DNA from: Candidatus Dojkabacteria bacterium
Lineage (GTDB): Bacteria > Patescibacteriota > Dojkabacteria > B142 > OLB20
Length of the DNA: 64,000 nt
Direction: 5' to 3'
Assembly: GCA_035444565.1 (NCBI GenBank)
Contig: DAOMOX010000003.1
Location: forward strand, 95,488 to 159,487
Made by a program: the position numbers and the translations under genes. Under the pieces are notes generated by a model. It saw only the letters and a list, made by a program, of their open reading frames with translations, did not search any database and was not told the origin of the DNA. Within the stretch, counting starts at the first letter, position 1, and every line of letters begins with the position of its first letter. Below are positions 37,501-47,651 of the stretch, piece after piece.

Positions 37501-39456
37501 TTACTTTCTATATAAAATTTCAGATGCTTCTTGAACTTGCTTTAATTGTTCCAGGTTACTAAATCTAGCGATTTTCAAGTTTGGAAGACCCGACTGCTGA
37601 ATTCCGTAAACTTCTCCAGGTCCTCTTCTATTTAAATCGTACTCTGCTATTTTAATGCCATCTGTGTTTTTTGCAAAGAATTCTAGTCTATTACGTACTT
37701 CTTCTTTATTTTCATTGAAATACAACAAACAGCATGCATTTTGATTATTACGACCTACCCTACCCCTCAATTGATGCAACTGGGCTAGTCCAAAGCGTTC
37801 TGCAGACTCAATTATTATGAGATTTGCACCTGGGATATCTATTCCAACTTCTACAACTGTCGTTGAAACAAGAATTTGTGTTTTCCCTTTGGCAAACTGT
37901 TCAATTTTTTTATCTTTTATATCTGCTTTGATTTTCCCATGTATGACATCGGATTGAAATTCATTGAACAGTTTTTCTATAATTGGATATGATTGTTCTA
38001 GGTTCTTAATTTGCATCTTCTCAGATTCTTCAATCGCTGGGAAAATCCAAAATGCCTGCCCTTCATTGTTTACGACGTTCTTTATCCAATCATAAGAGTC
38101 TGCTCGTTTTTGCTCCGGGACCAAAAATGTGCGTATCATTTTTCTTTCCTTTGGTGGATAAATCTTACTTACTTGATAGTCACCAAATAACGTCAATGCA
38201 ACGGTTCGTGGGATTGGTGTTGCTGTGAGCTGAAGGAGGTGAGGAACTTTGTTATTCGATTTAAGTTCAAGAAGCTCTCTTCTCTGTTCAACTCCAAATC
38301 TATGTTGTTCATCAATAATCACCATTGCCAGATTATGAGTCAATTCACTTTTGTGCTTAAGTATGGCATGTGTTCCAATGAGTAATTGACTTTTAGAATC
38401 AAGTTCATTGTAAGTCTCTTTTGTTATCAGACTGATTTTGTATTTCTTATCTAGTAATTTCGAAATGCTCTTATAATGTTGTTGAGCGAGAATCCCTGTG
38501 GGTGCAAGGAAGACGACTTGATACCCATTCTCCAACACTGGTAGCAGTCCCAAAAGTGCAACAATAGTCTTTCCACTACCTACATCTCCTTGTAGAAGTC
38601 TTCTCATAGGATGAGGTTTGCCAATATCGTTATGGATTTCTTCAATTGTTGAATTCTGACTTTCGGTGAGTGTGAATGGTAATTTCGTTTTAATCTTCTC
38701 CATGCTTTTATTATTTAGCGAGATACTGAAAGCTGGTTGTGTTTTTATTTTAAGGCTGTTTTCTATTAATATTTTTTGGATATTAAGTAATTCATCAAAG
38801 CCAAGTCTTCTCCTTGCTTCGGTTATATCTTTACTTTCTTGTGGGAAATGGATAAATTTCAAAGCGTCTGTAAGTTCAAGAAGATTGTATTTCTCTCTAA
38901 TCAGTTGCGGAAGTTGATCAACGAGATCCTCAATTTGATCAATATTATCAATTAGGTATTTAATTTTTACCCTCAACCATTTTGATGTGATACCTTTTGT
39001 AAGAGGATATGCAGGCACGATTCTGCCAATATGAATATTTTCATAATCACCGCTTCTAACAATTTCGTATTCAGGAGAAGTTAATTCAGGTTTTGTGCTT
39101 TTGGGGTTTAATTTACCACTAATAAGTAAATCTATTGGTGGAACTAATGACTTTGTGAGGTACGGTTGGTTAAACCATGTAACATTTAGTTCGACTTCCC
39201 CATCAGTCAGCGTTCCTTTTTGGATAAACTTACCATTTCGAAGGCGAATATTTTTTAATTTTACCAGAGTGGCATTTACGGTCCTCTTCTGGATTTTGTC
39301 CAATTCTGACAACATACCTACAGTGGATGAGTCTTTATAATACGATGGGAAGTAATTTAGGAGGTCCTTAACAGTTTCAATTCCTAATAGGGATAACAGT
39401 GCAGCATATCTATACCCTACACCGGGCAAGCTATTTATATTATCAGTAAGATGCAT
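37501..39456 (-). CDS. recG: ATP-dependent DNA helicase RecG
   Basis: Wedge domain, GDVGSGKT Walker A, DEQHRFG. Confidence 0.9.
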   Translation of the reverse strand: MHLTDNINSLPGVGYRYAALLSLLGIETVKDLLNYFPSYYKDSSTVGMLSELDKIQKRTVNATLVKLKNIRLRNGKFIQKGTLTDGEVELNVTWFNQPYLTKSLVPPIDLLISGKLNPKSTKPELTSPEYEIVRSGDYENIHIGRIVPAYPLTKGITSKWLRVKIKYLIDNIDQIEDLVDQLPQLIREKYNLLELTDALKFIHFPQESKDITEARRRLGFDELLNIQKILIENSLKIKTQPAFSISLNNKSMEKIKTKLPFTLTESQNSTIEEIHNDIGKPHPMRRLLQGDVGSGKTIVALLGLLPVLENGYQVVFLAPTGILAQQHYKSISKLLDKKYKISLITKETYNELDSKSQLLIGTHAILKHKSELTHNLAMVIIDEQHRFGVEQRRELLELKSNNKVPHLLQLTATPIPRTVALTLFGDYQVSKIYPPKERKMIRTFLVPEQKRADSYDWIKNVVNNEGQAFWIFPAIEESEKMQIKNLEQSYPIIEKLFNEFQSDVIHGKIKADIKDKKIEQFAKGKTQILVSTTVVEVGIDIPGANLIIIESAERFGLAQLHQLRGRVGRNNQNACCLLYFNENKEEVRNRLEFFAKNTDGIKIAEYDLNRRGPGEVYGIQQSGLPNLKIARFSNLEQLKQVQEASEILYRK

Positions 39457-39459
39457 TTT

Positions 39460-39591
39460 TTAAATACTTAGAACTGCGGAAAGTATTGGTACGACTACTA
39501 TCCCTAGTATGACTACAATCGAAAATATCCATTTCAATAACGTGATATTTTTTTTGTATGATGTTCTTAATATGCTTTTGATTTTTGCCAT
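39460..39591 (-). CDS. Possible 43-aa membrane peptide (unannotated small ORF)
   Basis: Hand translation gives MAKIKSILRTSYKKNITLLKWIFSIVVILGIVVVPILSAVLSI. Confidence 0.2.
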   Translation of the reverse strand: MAKIKSILRTSYKKNITLLKWIFSIVVILGIVVVPILSAVLSI

Positions 39592-39598
39592 TTTATGT

Positions 39599-40822
39599 TT
39601 AATCAATAAATTTAATCCAAAATTTCTTCCCTACTCGTAGGAATTGAAGGTTTTTTCGTTCAAATTGTTTATTTATATCAGTTTCAACTTCTCCATTTAT
39701 CTCCACCGCATTCGCTCTGATCAATCTTTTTGCTTCTGCATTACTTTCAACAGAGTTTGTTGATGTAATTATTTCCTTAAGTGTTGGGGTGTCACTTGAA
39801 AAATTTGATACAGAAAAGGTGTCTGTTGTCTCAGGTGCTAAATTATTTTGTACGGTATTGGTGAAGAATTGCTCTGCTCTCTTAGCAAGTTCTTCACCTT
39901 CGTGAATTTCGGTGATTTCATAAGCAAGTTCTTTTTTAATTTTCATCGGATCATTTTCGGTTTTTAGGCGATTTTCAATAACTTCAATTTCTTCGAGAGT
40001 TTTGTTTGTAGCAAGTTTGTAGTAATGGATGATTAAATCATCAGGAATGCTCATCACCTTAGCATACTTCGTTTCAGCACTATCGTTTATGAATATGCAG
40101 TTTCCGATGCTCTTGCTCATTTTATTAACACCATCCGCAGAAAGCAGGAAGTGTGTTGTTAGAACGAACTTGTCTTTGTTCTTGTATGCTTTCATCAACG
40201 TCCTGCCCATTAACATGTTGAAGGTTTGATCTCTTCCTCCGAACTCACCATCAACCTCAAGTTCCACAGAATCATAACCCTGGATAAGAGGATACAGGAA
40301 TTCATGAAGAAAAATTGGCTTATTACTTTTTATCCTTTCGTCGAACATATCCCGCTCAAGCATTTGCTGGACTGTGGTGTGAGATGCGAGTTTAATAACG
40401 TCACTTAAAGATAGTTTCTCATTCCATGTAGAATTAAATACAATTCGAGCAGGATTGTCAGAACCTTCAAAGTCGATATATTTTGCAATTTGCTTTTGGT
40501 ATTCTTTGGAATTTTCTTCGACTTCTTCTTTTGAGAGCAATTTACGTGTTTCCGACTTATCTGTTGGGTCCCCTAGTCTTGCAGTGAAATCCCCTACTAA
40601 AAATATAATTTCATGACCCATTTGTTGCAATTCCTTAAGCTTGAGAATTGGAATCAAATGTCCAAGATGCAGGTTTGGTCCAGTAGCATCAGCACCTATG
40701 TAGAATTTTAATCGTTCGCCTGATTCCAATCTCTTCCTAAGTTCTTCGGAGGATGGATAGATTTGATCTATCTTGTGATCTAGGAATTTATTAATACTAT
40801 TTGAATCTGTATTTATTTGCAT
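39599..40822 (-). CDS. tyrS: Tyrosyl-tRNA synthetase
   Basis: HIGH-type motif PNLHLGHL, KMSKS, and a C-terminal S4 domain. Confidence 0.9.
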   Translation of the reverse strand: MQINTDSNSINKFLDHKIDQIYPSSEELRKRLESGERLKFYIGADATGPNLHLGHLIPILKLKELQQMGHEIIFLVGDFTARLGDPTDKSETRKLLSKEEVEENSKEYQKQIAKYIDFEGSDNPARIVFNSTWNEKLSLSDVIKLASHTTVQQMLERDMFDERIKSNKPIFLHEFLYPLIQGYDSVELEVDGEFGGRDQTFNMLMGRTLMKAYKNKDKFVLTTHFLLSADGVNKMSKSIGNCIFINDSAETKYAKVMSIPDDLIIHYYKLATNKTLEEIEVIENRLKTENDPMKIKKELAYEITEIHEGEELAKRAEQFFTNTVQNNLAPETTDTFSVSNFSSDTPTLKEIITSTNSVESNAEAKRLIRANAVEINGEVETDINKQFERKNLQFLRVGKKFWIKFID

Positions 40823-40890
40823 ATGATTTATCTATCAATCATTTGATTATAGGCATGTCAGCTTATAACTTCAAGTAAATGAATTTTGAA

Positions 40891-42717
40891 CTAAGTTTTT
40901 GATTTTAATTCGAGTTTAGTGAGATTTTCAAACTCTTTAATATATTCTGAAATTGGTTCTAACCCTTCCTCCCAAAAACTTTGTCGATGAATGTCGACAT
41001 TAAGCATTTTTATCAATTCGTTTAATTCTAGAGAACTACCTTTTTTTAATACTTCGATATATTTATTCGTGAAATCATCTCCATCATCAAGGTAATGACC
41101 ATATAATGCATTACTCAATGATTGTCCGAAAGCGTATGAGAAAACATAAAAATTGTAATGATAGAAATGGGCAATTGCTATCCACCAATATTTATGTCCT
41201 TCGGACAACTTTAAACCTTCTCCAAACATCGGTTGTAAGAATTTTTGGAAATTATCGCTGAATTCATCTACGCTGAGCTCACCTTTTTCTCTCCTGAGTT
41301 TATGTAGTTCTGATTCATACAGATAAAAAGCATTCTGTCTGAAAATCGTAGCGAAGATTTCTTGTAATCTACCGCCGAGTAAATTTATCTTTTGTTTATT
41401 GTCATGGGTTGATTCGAAAATTTTTCTAAAAACGAGATTTTCGCAGAAAATGCTCGCAATCTCAGCGAATGGAGTCACAGGCCAAAAGTTTAATAATGAT
41501 TGCTCTCTACTCAAATATCCATGTATAGCATGCCCAAGTTCATGAGCTAAAGTTCGTACATCGTTCGCCTTTCCAGTAAAATTTGTAAGTATGTATGGAT
41601 TTTTTGTAGGAACAGTGTATGCGCAGAAAGCACCTGATTTCTTGCCTTTTGAAAGTTCTGCGTCAATCCAGTTATTGTCGAAAAATTTTTTCGCGATTTC
41701 GTAAAAAACAGGTGAGAATTCCATAAAAGCGTTTAAAATTAAATCTTTAGTTTCTTCATATGTATAAACTGGTTCTTCAACCTCAGGATAAATGATTGAA
41801 TAGCGATCCCATTCAAAAAGTTTTTTTCCAAGTATCTTGCTCTTCGTTTTATAAAACTTCTCACTCAGGTCATAGTTTGCCTTAATGGTATCCGTCATTG
41901 ATTCAACAGTTTTGGCATCAACCTCATCGCTTAGGAATGTGGATTCCTGAGTGAATTTATAACTTCGAATATCATCTGTAATTTTTTTGTCATGTACTAG
42001 GGTGTTCAAAATAAAGGCAAACGTACGTGCGTTCTTTTTATAGACACTTGTGATCGATTTTGCAGAAGATTCTCTAAGCCCTCTATCTTTATTGCCAGAA
42101 AGAATATTCGTTATTTCAGAATAGTTGTAATTCTTGATCTTGTTATCAATCTCTAATGGGAATTCAAGCTCTGCACTAATTTGATCATAAAGTCTTATAA
42201 ATGCACTTGCACCAGTTTGATTCTTTTTATTAATAATTATTTCCTCGTTTTCTTTTAATGTATGGCTTTTAAACTTCAGGATTCTTGTAAGGAATTGTTT
42301 ATAATTTTCTAATTCAGGACTTTCAAGATATTTGTTAATTGAGTTCTCTGGGATTTCGAGGATTTCTAACTCAAAGAACATCAATTTATTAGAGATTGTA
42401 TTCGTATACTCATCCGCTTTTTGATAGAAGTGATTAATCTTATCCGTGACCGAATCTTTTGCCTGAAGTAAACCGGCGAAGGATCCATATGAGGCAACAG
42501 AGGTGAGAATATCTTCGTATAAAATTATTGACTCTTTCAATTCAAGGGGGGTAAGTTTTCCCTCTGAGATTTTACCCCTGTAGTTTTTTTCAAATTGATT
42601 AGATTTGATGTCGATTTCTTTCAGGTCTTGTGTAATTCTGGGGTCGTCTATACCTTTATATAGATTGCCTAAATCCCACACTACTCCCTTGGCCAGATTT
42701 AATTCGGATTTCTTCAT
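40891..42717 (-). CDS. pepF: M3B oligoendopeptidase F
   Basis: HELGHAIH zinc motif; about 600 aa. Confidence 0.85.
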   Translation of the reverse strand: MKKSELNLAKGVVWDLGNLYKGIDDPRITQDLKEIDIKSNQFEKNYRGKISEGKLTPLELKESIILYEDILTSVASYGSFAGLLQAKDSVTDKINHFYQKADEYTNTISNKLMFFELEILEIPENSINKYLESPELENYKQFLTRILKFKSHTLKENEEIIINKKNQTGASAFIRLYDQISAELEFPLEIDNKIKNYNYSEITNILSGNKDRGLRESSAKSITSVYKKNARTFAFILNTLVHDKKITDDIRSYKFTQESTFLSDEVDAKTVESMTDTIKANYDLSEKFYKTKSKILGKKLFEWDRYSIIYPEVEEPVYTYEETKDLILNAFMEFSPVFYEIAKKFFDNNWIDAELSKGKKSGAFCAYTVPTKNPYILTNFTGKANDVRTLAHELGHAIHGYLSREQSLLNFWPVTPFAEIASIFCENLVFRKIFESTHDNKQKINLLGGRLQEIFATIFRQNAFYLYESELHKLRREKGELSVDEFSDNFQKFLQPMFGEGLKLSEGHKYWWIAIAHFYHYNFYVFSYAFGQSLSNALYGHYLDDGDDFTNKYIEVLKKGSSLELNELIKMLNVDIHRQSFWEEGLEPISEYIKEFENLTKLELKSKT

Positions 42718-42752
42718 TTGAAAATTATTAATTTCAGAATTATAACAGAATG

Positions 42753-43445
42753 TTAATTTTCACTTCCAAAGTGAATAACGGCGAGGCATGTATTCTCGTA
42801 TGAGGATATGTTTATCTCACATAAATATGCAAATCCCATATGTTGGTTCCTATTATCGAGCATTGCTCTGTTGTGACTAGGACTCTCCTTCCAACCTCTG
42901 ATTATAGAAGAGCTTGAATAGTAATTTACGGCTAGGTTTTCTGAGGCATATTTGAATTTATATCCTGCGTCACTAATAAATAACCAAGGATTACCGTGAT
43001 CAAAATAATTATTTGTGACCATGTGATTCGCCTTATTCAAGGAGCTAGTTTCAAGCCTCGAGTCTACTACGACTTCTTCTAGACCTTTAGATTTCCTGTA
43101 TTCATTTACCAAAGTATAAATTTCACTTTTGTCTATAGAAACAGGATTGTTTTGAACGATTGTATTAGTAGATTTCTGTGCAGAATTATTTTTAACTTGC
43201 GCAATATTGTCTGGGTTGTTAATGGGTGTTGGTGTTAGTGTAACTGAATTATAAATGCCAAGGATTTCGAGATTAGGTCTATTGCCATGTGCAGTAATTT
43301 CGGTATTATCTGAAGTGATGTTAGCATAAGATTCGACTTTCGATTGATAGAATTTCACAAGTGCGGTTGTAAGCCCAAGTGTGAAGAAATACAAAAGCAA
43401 AAACACAATAATTATTTTCTTCTTTTTTGTTTGGTCAACGTACAT
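42753..43445 (-). CDS. Membrane-anchored CAP/SCP (PR-1-like) domain protein
   Basis: CAP motifs SHNRAML and SENLAV; N-terminal TM. Confidence 0.6.
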   Translation of the reverse strand: MYVDQTKKKKIIIVFLLLYFFTLGLTTALVKFYQSKVESYANITSDNTEITAHGNRPNLEILGIYNSVTLTPTPINNPDNIAQVKNNSAQKSTNTIVQNNPVSIDKSEIYTLVNEYRKSKGLEEVVVDSRLETSSLNKANHMVTNNYFDHGNPWLFISDAGYKFKYASENLAVNYYSSSSIIRGWKESPSHNRAMLDNRNQHMGFAYLCEINISSYENTCLAVIHFGSEN

Positions 43446-43457
43446 TTGAATTATCTC

Positions 43458-43676
43458 CTATGAAATAAATTCGAATCGTGGCTTCTTTTTTCCTTCTATT
43501 TCCACCTCTTCCAAAAACATATCCAAAGGTCTGACCCATAACTGGGAAGTTTCGTTTTCATAAAGTGAAATGTAAACAACTAAATCTTCCAATGATTCGC
43601 TGTGCTTGGCTAATCCAAGAGCAAGGTATTTCTTGCCTTTATAATGTCGATATTGACCGGGGACAAATTTTCTCAT
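43458..43676 (-). CDS. DUF1653-like small protein (start taken at MRKF)
   Basis: GQYRHYKGKKY...VVYISLYE...WVRPLDMF pattern. Confidence 0.45.
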   Translation of the reverse strand: MRKFVPGQYRHYKGKKYLALGLAKHSESLEDLVVYISLYENETSQLWVRPLDMFLEEVEIEGKKKPRFEFIS

Positions 43677-43772
43677 CTGGAAATAATAATATTTAATATT
43701 ATACCCATTTATCAAGTCTTAATAAAATCTTACTTTTAACTTTCGACTGTGATAACATCAATTGATTAATAT

Positions 43773-44795
43773 ATGCACTTGGTTAGCGTAGTAAACGACA
43801 GGTATTCCTACTTAGATAACTCTAAAGATTACGAGTTGAATTTTCTACAATCTTGGGAATGGGGAGAAATAAAAAAGCCAAATTGGGTTCCACTAAGATT
43901 AAAGATTGATAATTATCCTCTAACAGTATTATTGAAGAAACTACCTTTAGTAAATAAGCAATTTGGCTATATCCCACGTGCATTAGGATCCGCGAGATTT
44001 GATAATAATCAATTTCAGGAGCTCGAGAAATATTTAAAAAATGAGGCAGGATTAAGCCACATTCTACTTGAACCAGATACTGCAAGCGTAGAAGCAAAAC
44101 AGAGACTATTAGACTTAGGTTGGGTTAAGGCAGGACACACAATTCAACCCCAAAACAGCAATGTCATTAAGTTGGATGAAGGTGAAGAAGCTGTATTCTC
44201 TCGTATGTCTGGTAACTATCGTAAGAAAATCCGTAGAGCAGTCAAACATGGTTGTGAAGTTGAGGTATTAACTTACGAAAATGATAAAAATGCTGTAGAT
44301 AGATTCTTTAAAATCATGGACGAAATATATCATCGAACAAAATTTATTATGTCCGGAAAATATTACTTTGAGAAAATTTGGGAAGAATTTGGTCCTATTG
44401 AAAAAGCGAAAATACTAGTAGTGAAATACGATGGAAACGATGTAGGTTCAATTATGTACCTTTATGATGAAAAGGTAGCATATGAGCTCTACGGTGGAAC
44501 CGGTCAATCAGGGAGGTCTATAATGGCGAACTATTTATTGAAATGGGAAGGTATAAAACATGCAATCAATCTAGGTAAGAATTCCTATGATCAATGGGGT
44601 GTTGCCCCGAAAGTTGATGGTGTATATGAACATAAACATCCACTTTCGAGAATTTCGGAGTTTAAAGCAGGGTTTGGTGGTGAAGATGTTGAATATCTTC
44701 CTCAATTTGTGAAAGTGTTCAATCCCCTCACCTATTTTTATTATAGAGTTGGCTTGTTTGTGAGCAGATTGAAGCTTAAGTTAAAGAAATTATGA
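43773..44795 (+). CDS. FemAB-family peptidoglycan interpeptide-bridge aminoacyltransferase
   Basis: FemAB-like GNAT duplication with LQSWEWGE and YGGTGQSGRSIMANYLLKWEGI. Confidence 0.65.
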   Translation: MHLVSVVNDRYSYLDNSKDYELNFLQSWEWGEIKKPNWVPLRLKIDNYPLTVLLKKLPLVNKQFGYIPRALGSARFDNNQFQELEKYLKNEAGLSHILLEPDTASVEAKQRLLDLGWVKAGHTIQPQNSNVIKLDEGEEAVFSRMSGNYRKKIRRAVKHGCEVEVLTYENDKNAVDRFFKIMDEIYHRTKFIMSGKYYFEKIWEEFGPIEKAKILVVKYDGNDVGSIMYLYDEKVAYELYGGTGQSGRSIMANYLLKWEGIKHAINLGKNSYDQWGVAPKVDGVYEHKHPLSRISEFKAGFGGEDVEYLPQFVKVFNPLTYFYYRVGLFVSRLKLKLKKL

Positions 44796-45268
44796 GAATT
44801 CTGCTTTTTACCGAAGGCACAATTTTGATGCATTCGTCTGCACAGCAAGCGTCACGTGAGGAAAGAGTAAAACAAGTTTTGAATAATGAATTTTCTGTCA
44901 AAGATTTTGCTAATTATGTACCAATTTCCCAAGCAAATAAAAAGTTGAAAACATGGGCTAATGCAGGTGCTGAGATTTACTATTTAACTTCAAGAACGGG
45001 TGATCAAGTTGATAAAATATCAATTGTACTAAAAAAATATAATTTTCCGAATCCTGAAAATCTAGCATATCGAGTTGATAAGGAAGAATATTCTGATGTT
45101 GTTAAACGAATTCAACCTACAATACTGATAGAAGATGATTGTGAAAGTATCGGAGGTCAATCAGAAATGATCTCGCCTACTCTTCCAACTGGAATTCGAA
45201 CAATTATTATAAAAGAATTTGCAGGTATTGATAGTTTGCCTGATGTTCCTGATATGATGTTGGTTTAA
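44792..45268 (+). CDS. Hypothetical protein; possibly a degenerate HAD-like fold
   Basis: LLFTEGT sits where the DxDGT motif would be; YYLTSRTG, ILIEDD. Confidence 0.3.
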   Translation: MRILLFTEGTILMHSSAQQASREERVKQVLNNEFSVKDFANYVPISQANKKLKTWANAGAEIYYLTSRTGDQVDKISIVLKKYNFPNPENLAYRVDKEEYSDVVKRIQPTILIEDDCESIGGQSEMISPTLPTGIRTIIIKEFAGIDSLPDVPDMMLV

Positions 45269-45305
45269 TTAGTCAAATGGATAATTCAATAGAAATCAAT
45301 TTTAG

Positions 45306-45989
45306 TTGCTTATGATGGAATTAAATTCGGGACTTACAATTATAGATGGGGATAGAACAAACCTTGGAATCAAAACTGAAAATGTTGGGACTATAACATC
45401 GTGGGAAAGTAAGGGGCGTCCGCCTTTGACAAGCCGAGTGGTTAACAAATTAAAAGGGGTAACACAACTTCATACACCCACAATCGTTGATGCGATTAGA
45501 AAGGTTCCTGGAATTGAAAATGCAGTTGTAGTGGGGGCTGATATTGAACATCTGACAGTTGGAAATGGAATGGTTATAGTCCCTGTACCAGATGGAGTCG
45601 TTGCAATGGTTGCCATTATTAGGGATGCAAAATTCGCGAATCAAATTAAGGTTGCCCTATATAATGAAGTAGAAGGATTCACTAGAGTAGCATTTGAGGA
45701 TTTTGTTAATTCCTTGAAAGAATTAAATCCAATAAATGTGAATTTGGGAATGTTTGGGAAACCACCTTCTGATGAAAAGGAATTGGGAGAGTCTTTTCCC
45801 CGAGGATTGGAATTTTACCGAGAGAGTATTTATAAAATTATTCCGTCAATTTCAACTACTAGATCTATGAACATAGTGGATCAGTTAGGCCGAACAAATA
45901 AGCGGAGAAACGAGGGATATTGTGTAATAGCTTCCACTAATGATTTTGAAGGATTAGACTTTGTAACTATATATAACCCATATGATTAA
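45306..45989 (+). CDS. Hypothetical protein
   Basis: ORF only. Confidence 0.3.
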   Translation: MLMMELNSGLTIIDGDRTNLGIKTENVGTITSWESKGRPPLTSRVVNKLKGVTQLHTPTIVDAIRKVPGIENAVVVGADIEHLTVGNGMVIVPVPDGVVAMVAIIRDAKFANQIKVALYNEVEGFTRVAFEDFVNSLKELNPINVNLGMFGKPPSDEKELGESFPRGLEFYRESIYKIIPSISTTRSMNIVDQLGRTNKRRNEGYCVIASTNDFEGLDFVTIYNPYD

Positions 45990-46423
45990 TTTGGATTATT
46001 CTTCAAATAATGTTGCATCAATTTTATATCCTCAAAATCCTTCTCTCTTCCTAATTCTCTTTTGAATTTTATAAATTCCTCAAGTTTTATAAATGGGAAA
46101 CCTTTTATTAAGTCTGCACTTTCTATCAAATATCTTGTATCTCCAATATAGTTTCCAAACATAAAGTTCGGAAGAATATCCACATTATCCTTATTTAGCA
46201 TCAATCTACTTGTACGAAGACATTCCTCGCATCTACATTGTTCGTATCCTGAATCAAGAAGTTGTTGATATAGTTTGGGTGTTACCAAGATATCAAGGTC
46301 GTTTGATTTACGAATCCCATGAGCTTCCATGGCTCCACCGACCACCACATATTGTCCTATTGGCAAATCTAGTTCTTTTAATTTTTTATAGATATTCATG
46401 GTAAAAATTGAAAAATAGGCCAA
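45986..46423 (-). CDS. Minimal nucleotidyltransferase-fold protein (Lnu/ANT-like size)
   Basis: GG-x11-DLDILV pattern and a CRCEEC cluster. Confidence 0.4.
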   Translation of the reverse strand: MAYFSIFTMNIYKKLKELDLPIGQYVVVGGAMEAHGIRKSNDLDILVTPKLYQQLLDSGYEQCRCEECLRTSRLMLNKDNVDILPNFMFGNYIGDTRYLIESADLIKGFPFIKLEEFIKFKRELGREKDFEDIKLMQHYLKNNPN

Positions 46424-46680
46424 AGTAGTAACGACAACAAAGTAATGATACCTATTACACCTGTCCTCTCCTTACTCAGTACAAAAGTCGCTCCGATAAT
46501 ACCAAATATTTCAAGCGGAAGTGTAACATAATTACAATATTGACCACACCATTGGTGATTTCTGTGAAAGATTTCAGTAAGATCGTTATTTAATTCCAAT
46601 ATTTGAACAACATCTCTTATTAGGTGATAACAAGAGAAAACTAGAATGATTGCAAAAATAGTGCGAATTGCCTTTTTCAT
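46396..46680 (-). CDS. Small membrane protein
   Basis: Two or three hydrophobic helices. Confidence 0.3.
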   Translation of the reverse strand: MKKAIRTIFAIILVFSCYHLIRDVVQILELNNDLTEIFHRNHQWCGQYCNYVTLPLEIFGIIGATFVLSKERTGVIGIITLLSLLLWPIFQFLP

Positions 46681-46739
46681 GATGATATTTTAACTTAATA
46701 CCATCAAAATTAGTAATAAAGTATATTCTATGAAGGAAT

Positions 46740-46991
46740 TTAAGTAAGATCATTTAGTTTCCCAAGTAATGCTTCTTTCAATCCACCCTGACCTCTTCTT
46801 GATCTTCTCTTTAATAAGTCTTGGTGAGTTTTCATGTAGTCACCTCTTTGATAGTTTTTTTCTATAAACTCAATAGCATTTGGATTATCTGCATAAAAAT
46901 CTCTAAGAGCCTCTACAAACGTATCGTCCCCTTCTCCATTCATAATGACACCGTAATGTTGTGGCAAGATTCCAAATGGGATTTCTGACAT
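46740..46991 (-). CDS. Hypothetical small protein
   Basis: ORF only. Confidence 0.3.
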   Translation of the reverse strand: MSEIPFGILPQHYGVIMNGEGDDTFVEALRDFYADNPNAIEFIEKNYQRGDYMKTHQDLLKRRSRRGQGGLKEALLGKLNDLT

Positions 46992-47000
46992 GATAATAAT

Positions 47001-47651
47001 TTATTCAAACTTTAATAATTTATAAACTTCTTTGCCCGACTTCACAACAACATCAGCTAAAGAGAAATCTTGATGATTCGTGTGTTCATTTGGGATAGCA
47101 ATACAAATCATCCCTGCTTTTTTTGCGGATTCGACCCCTAGTGCAGTATCTTCTATCGCAACACAATACTTAGGTTCTATTCCTAAATTTTTCGCTGTTA
47201 GGGCATATGGTTCGGGGTCAGGCTTTAAACTATTACAATCCTCCTGAGTAACTATAACATTAAAAATATCTCCTATTCCGACCTTATTTAGCATGAGCAT
47301 TGTACCATCTCTCCCAGCAGAAGTCGTTATCGCTATTGGTATTTTTTTGTTATGTAGAGTTTTGATTAGTTCAAGGGTGTGTTCAAAATATTCTGCTTCA
47401 TCAAGATGTTCGTAGAAATAATCATTTTGGATTTTTCTATATTTATCAATATCGAAATCATACTTGTTTTGAAAATAAGATTTATATACATTGAAACTTC
47501 TTCCAGTAATCTGAGGGATATCTTCATCTTGTAGCTCGAAGCCAAGCATTCTAAGGGCATATCTAATCGATTTAATAACTAAACCTTCTGTGTTAATTAT
47601 CACACCGTCTCGATCGAAGATTACTGCTTGTATCTTTAGAGATTGGCTCAT
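47001..47651 (-). CDS. HAD-IA hydrolase (beta-phosphoglucomutase-like phosphatase)
   Basis: AVIFDRDGVI motif I; C-terminal motif IV region. Confidence 0.8.
   Translation of the reverse strand: MSQSLKIQAVIFDRDGVIINTEGLVIKSIRYALRMLGFELQDEDIPQITGRSFNVYKSYFQNKYDFDIDKYRKIQNDYFYEHLDEAEYFEHTLELIKTLHNKKIPIAITTSAGRDGTMLMLNKVGIGDIFNVIVTQEDCNSLKPDPEPYALTAKNLGIEPKYCVAIEDTALGVESAKKAGMICIAIPNEHTNHQDFSLADVVVKSGKEVYKLLKFE

Noticed and set aside
40823-40890. T-box leader upstream of tyrS
   Set aside because: Only 68 bp are available upstream of the start, which is far too short for a T-box riboswitch. No specifier or T-box sequence was seen.
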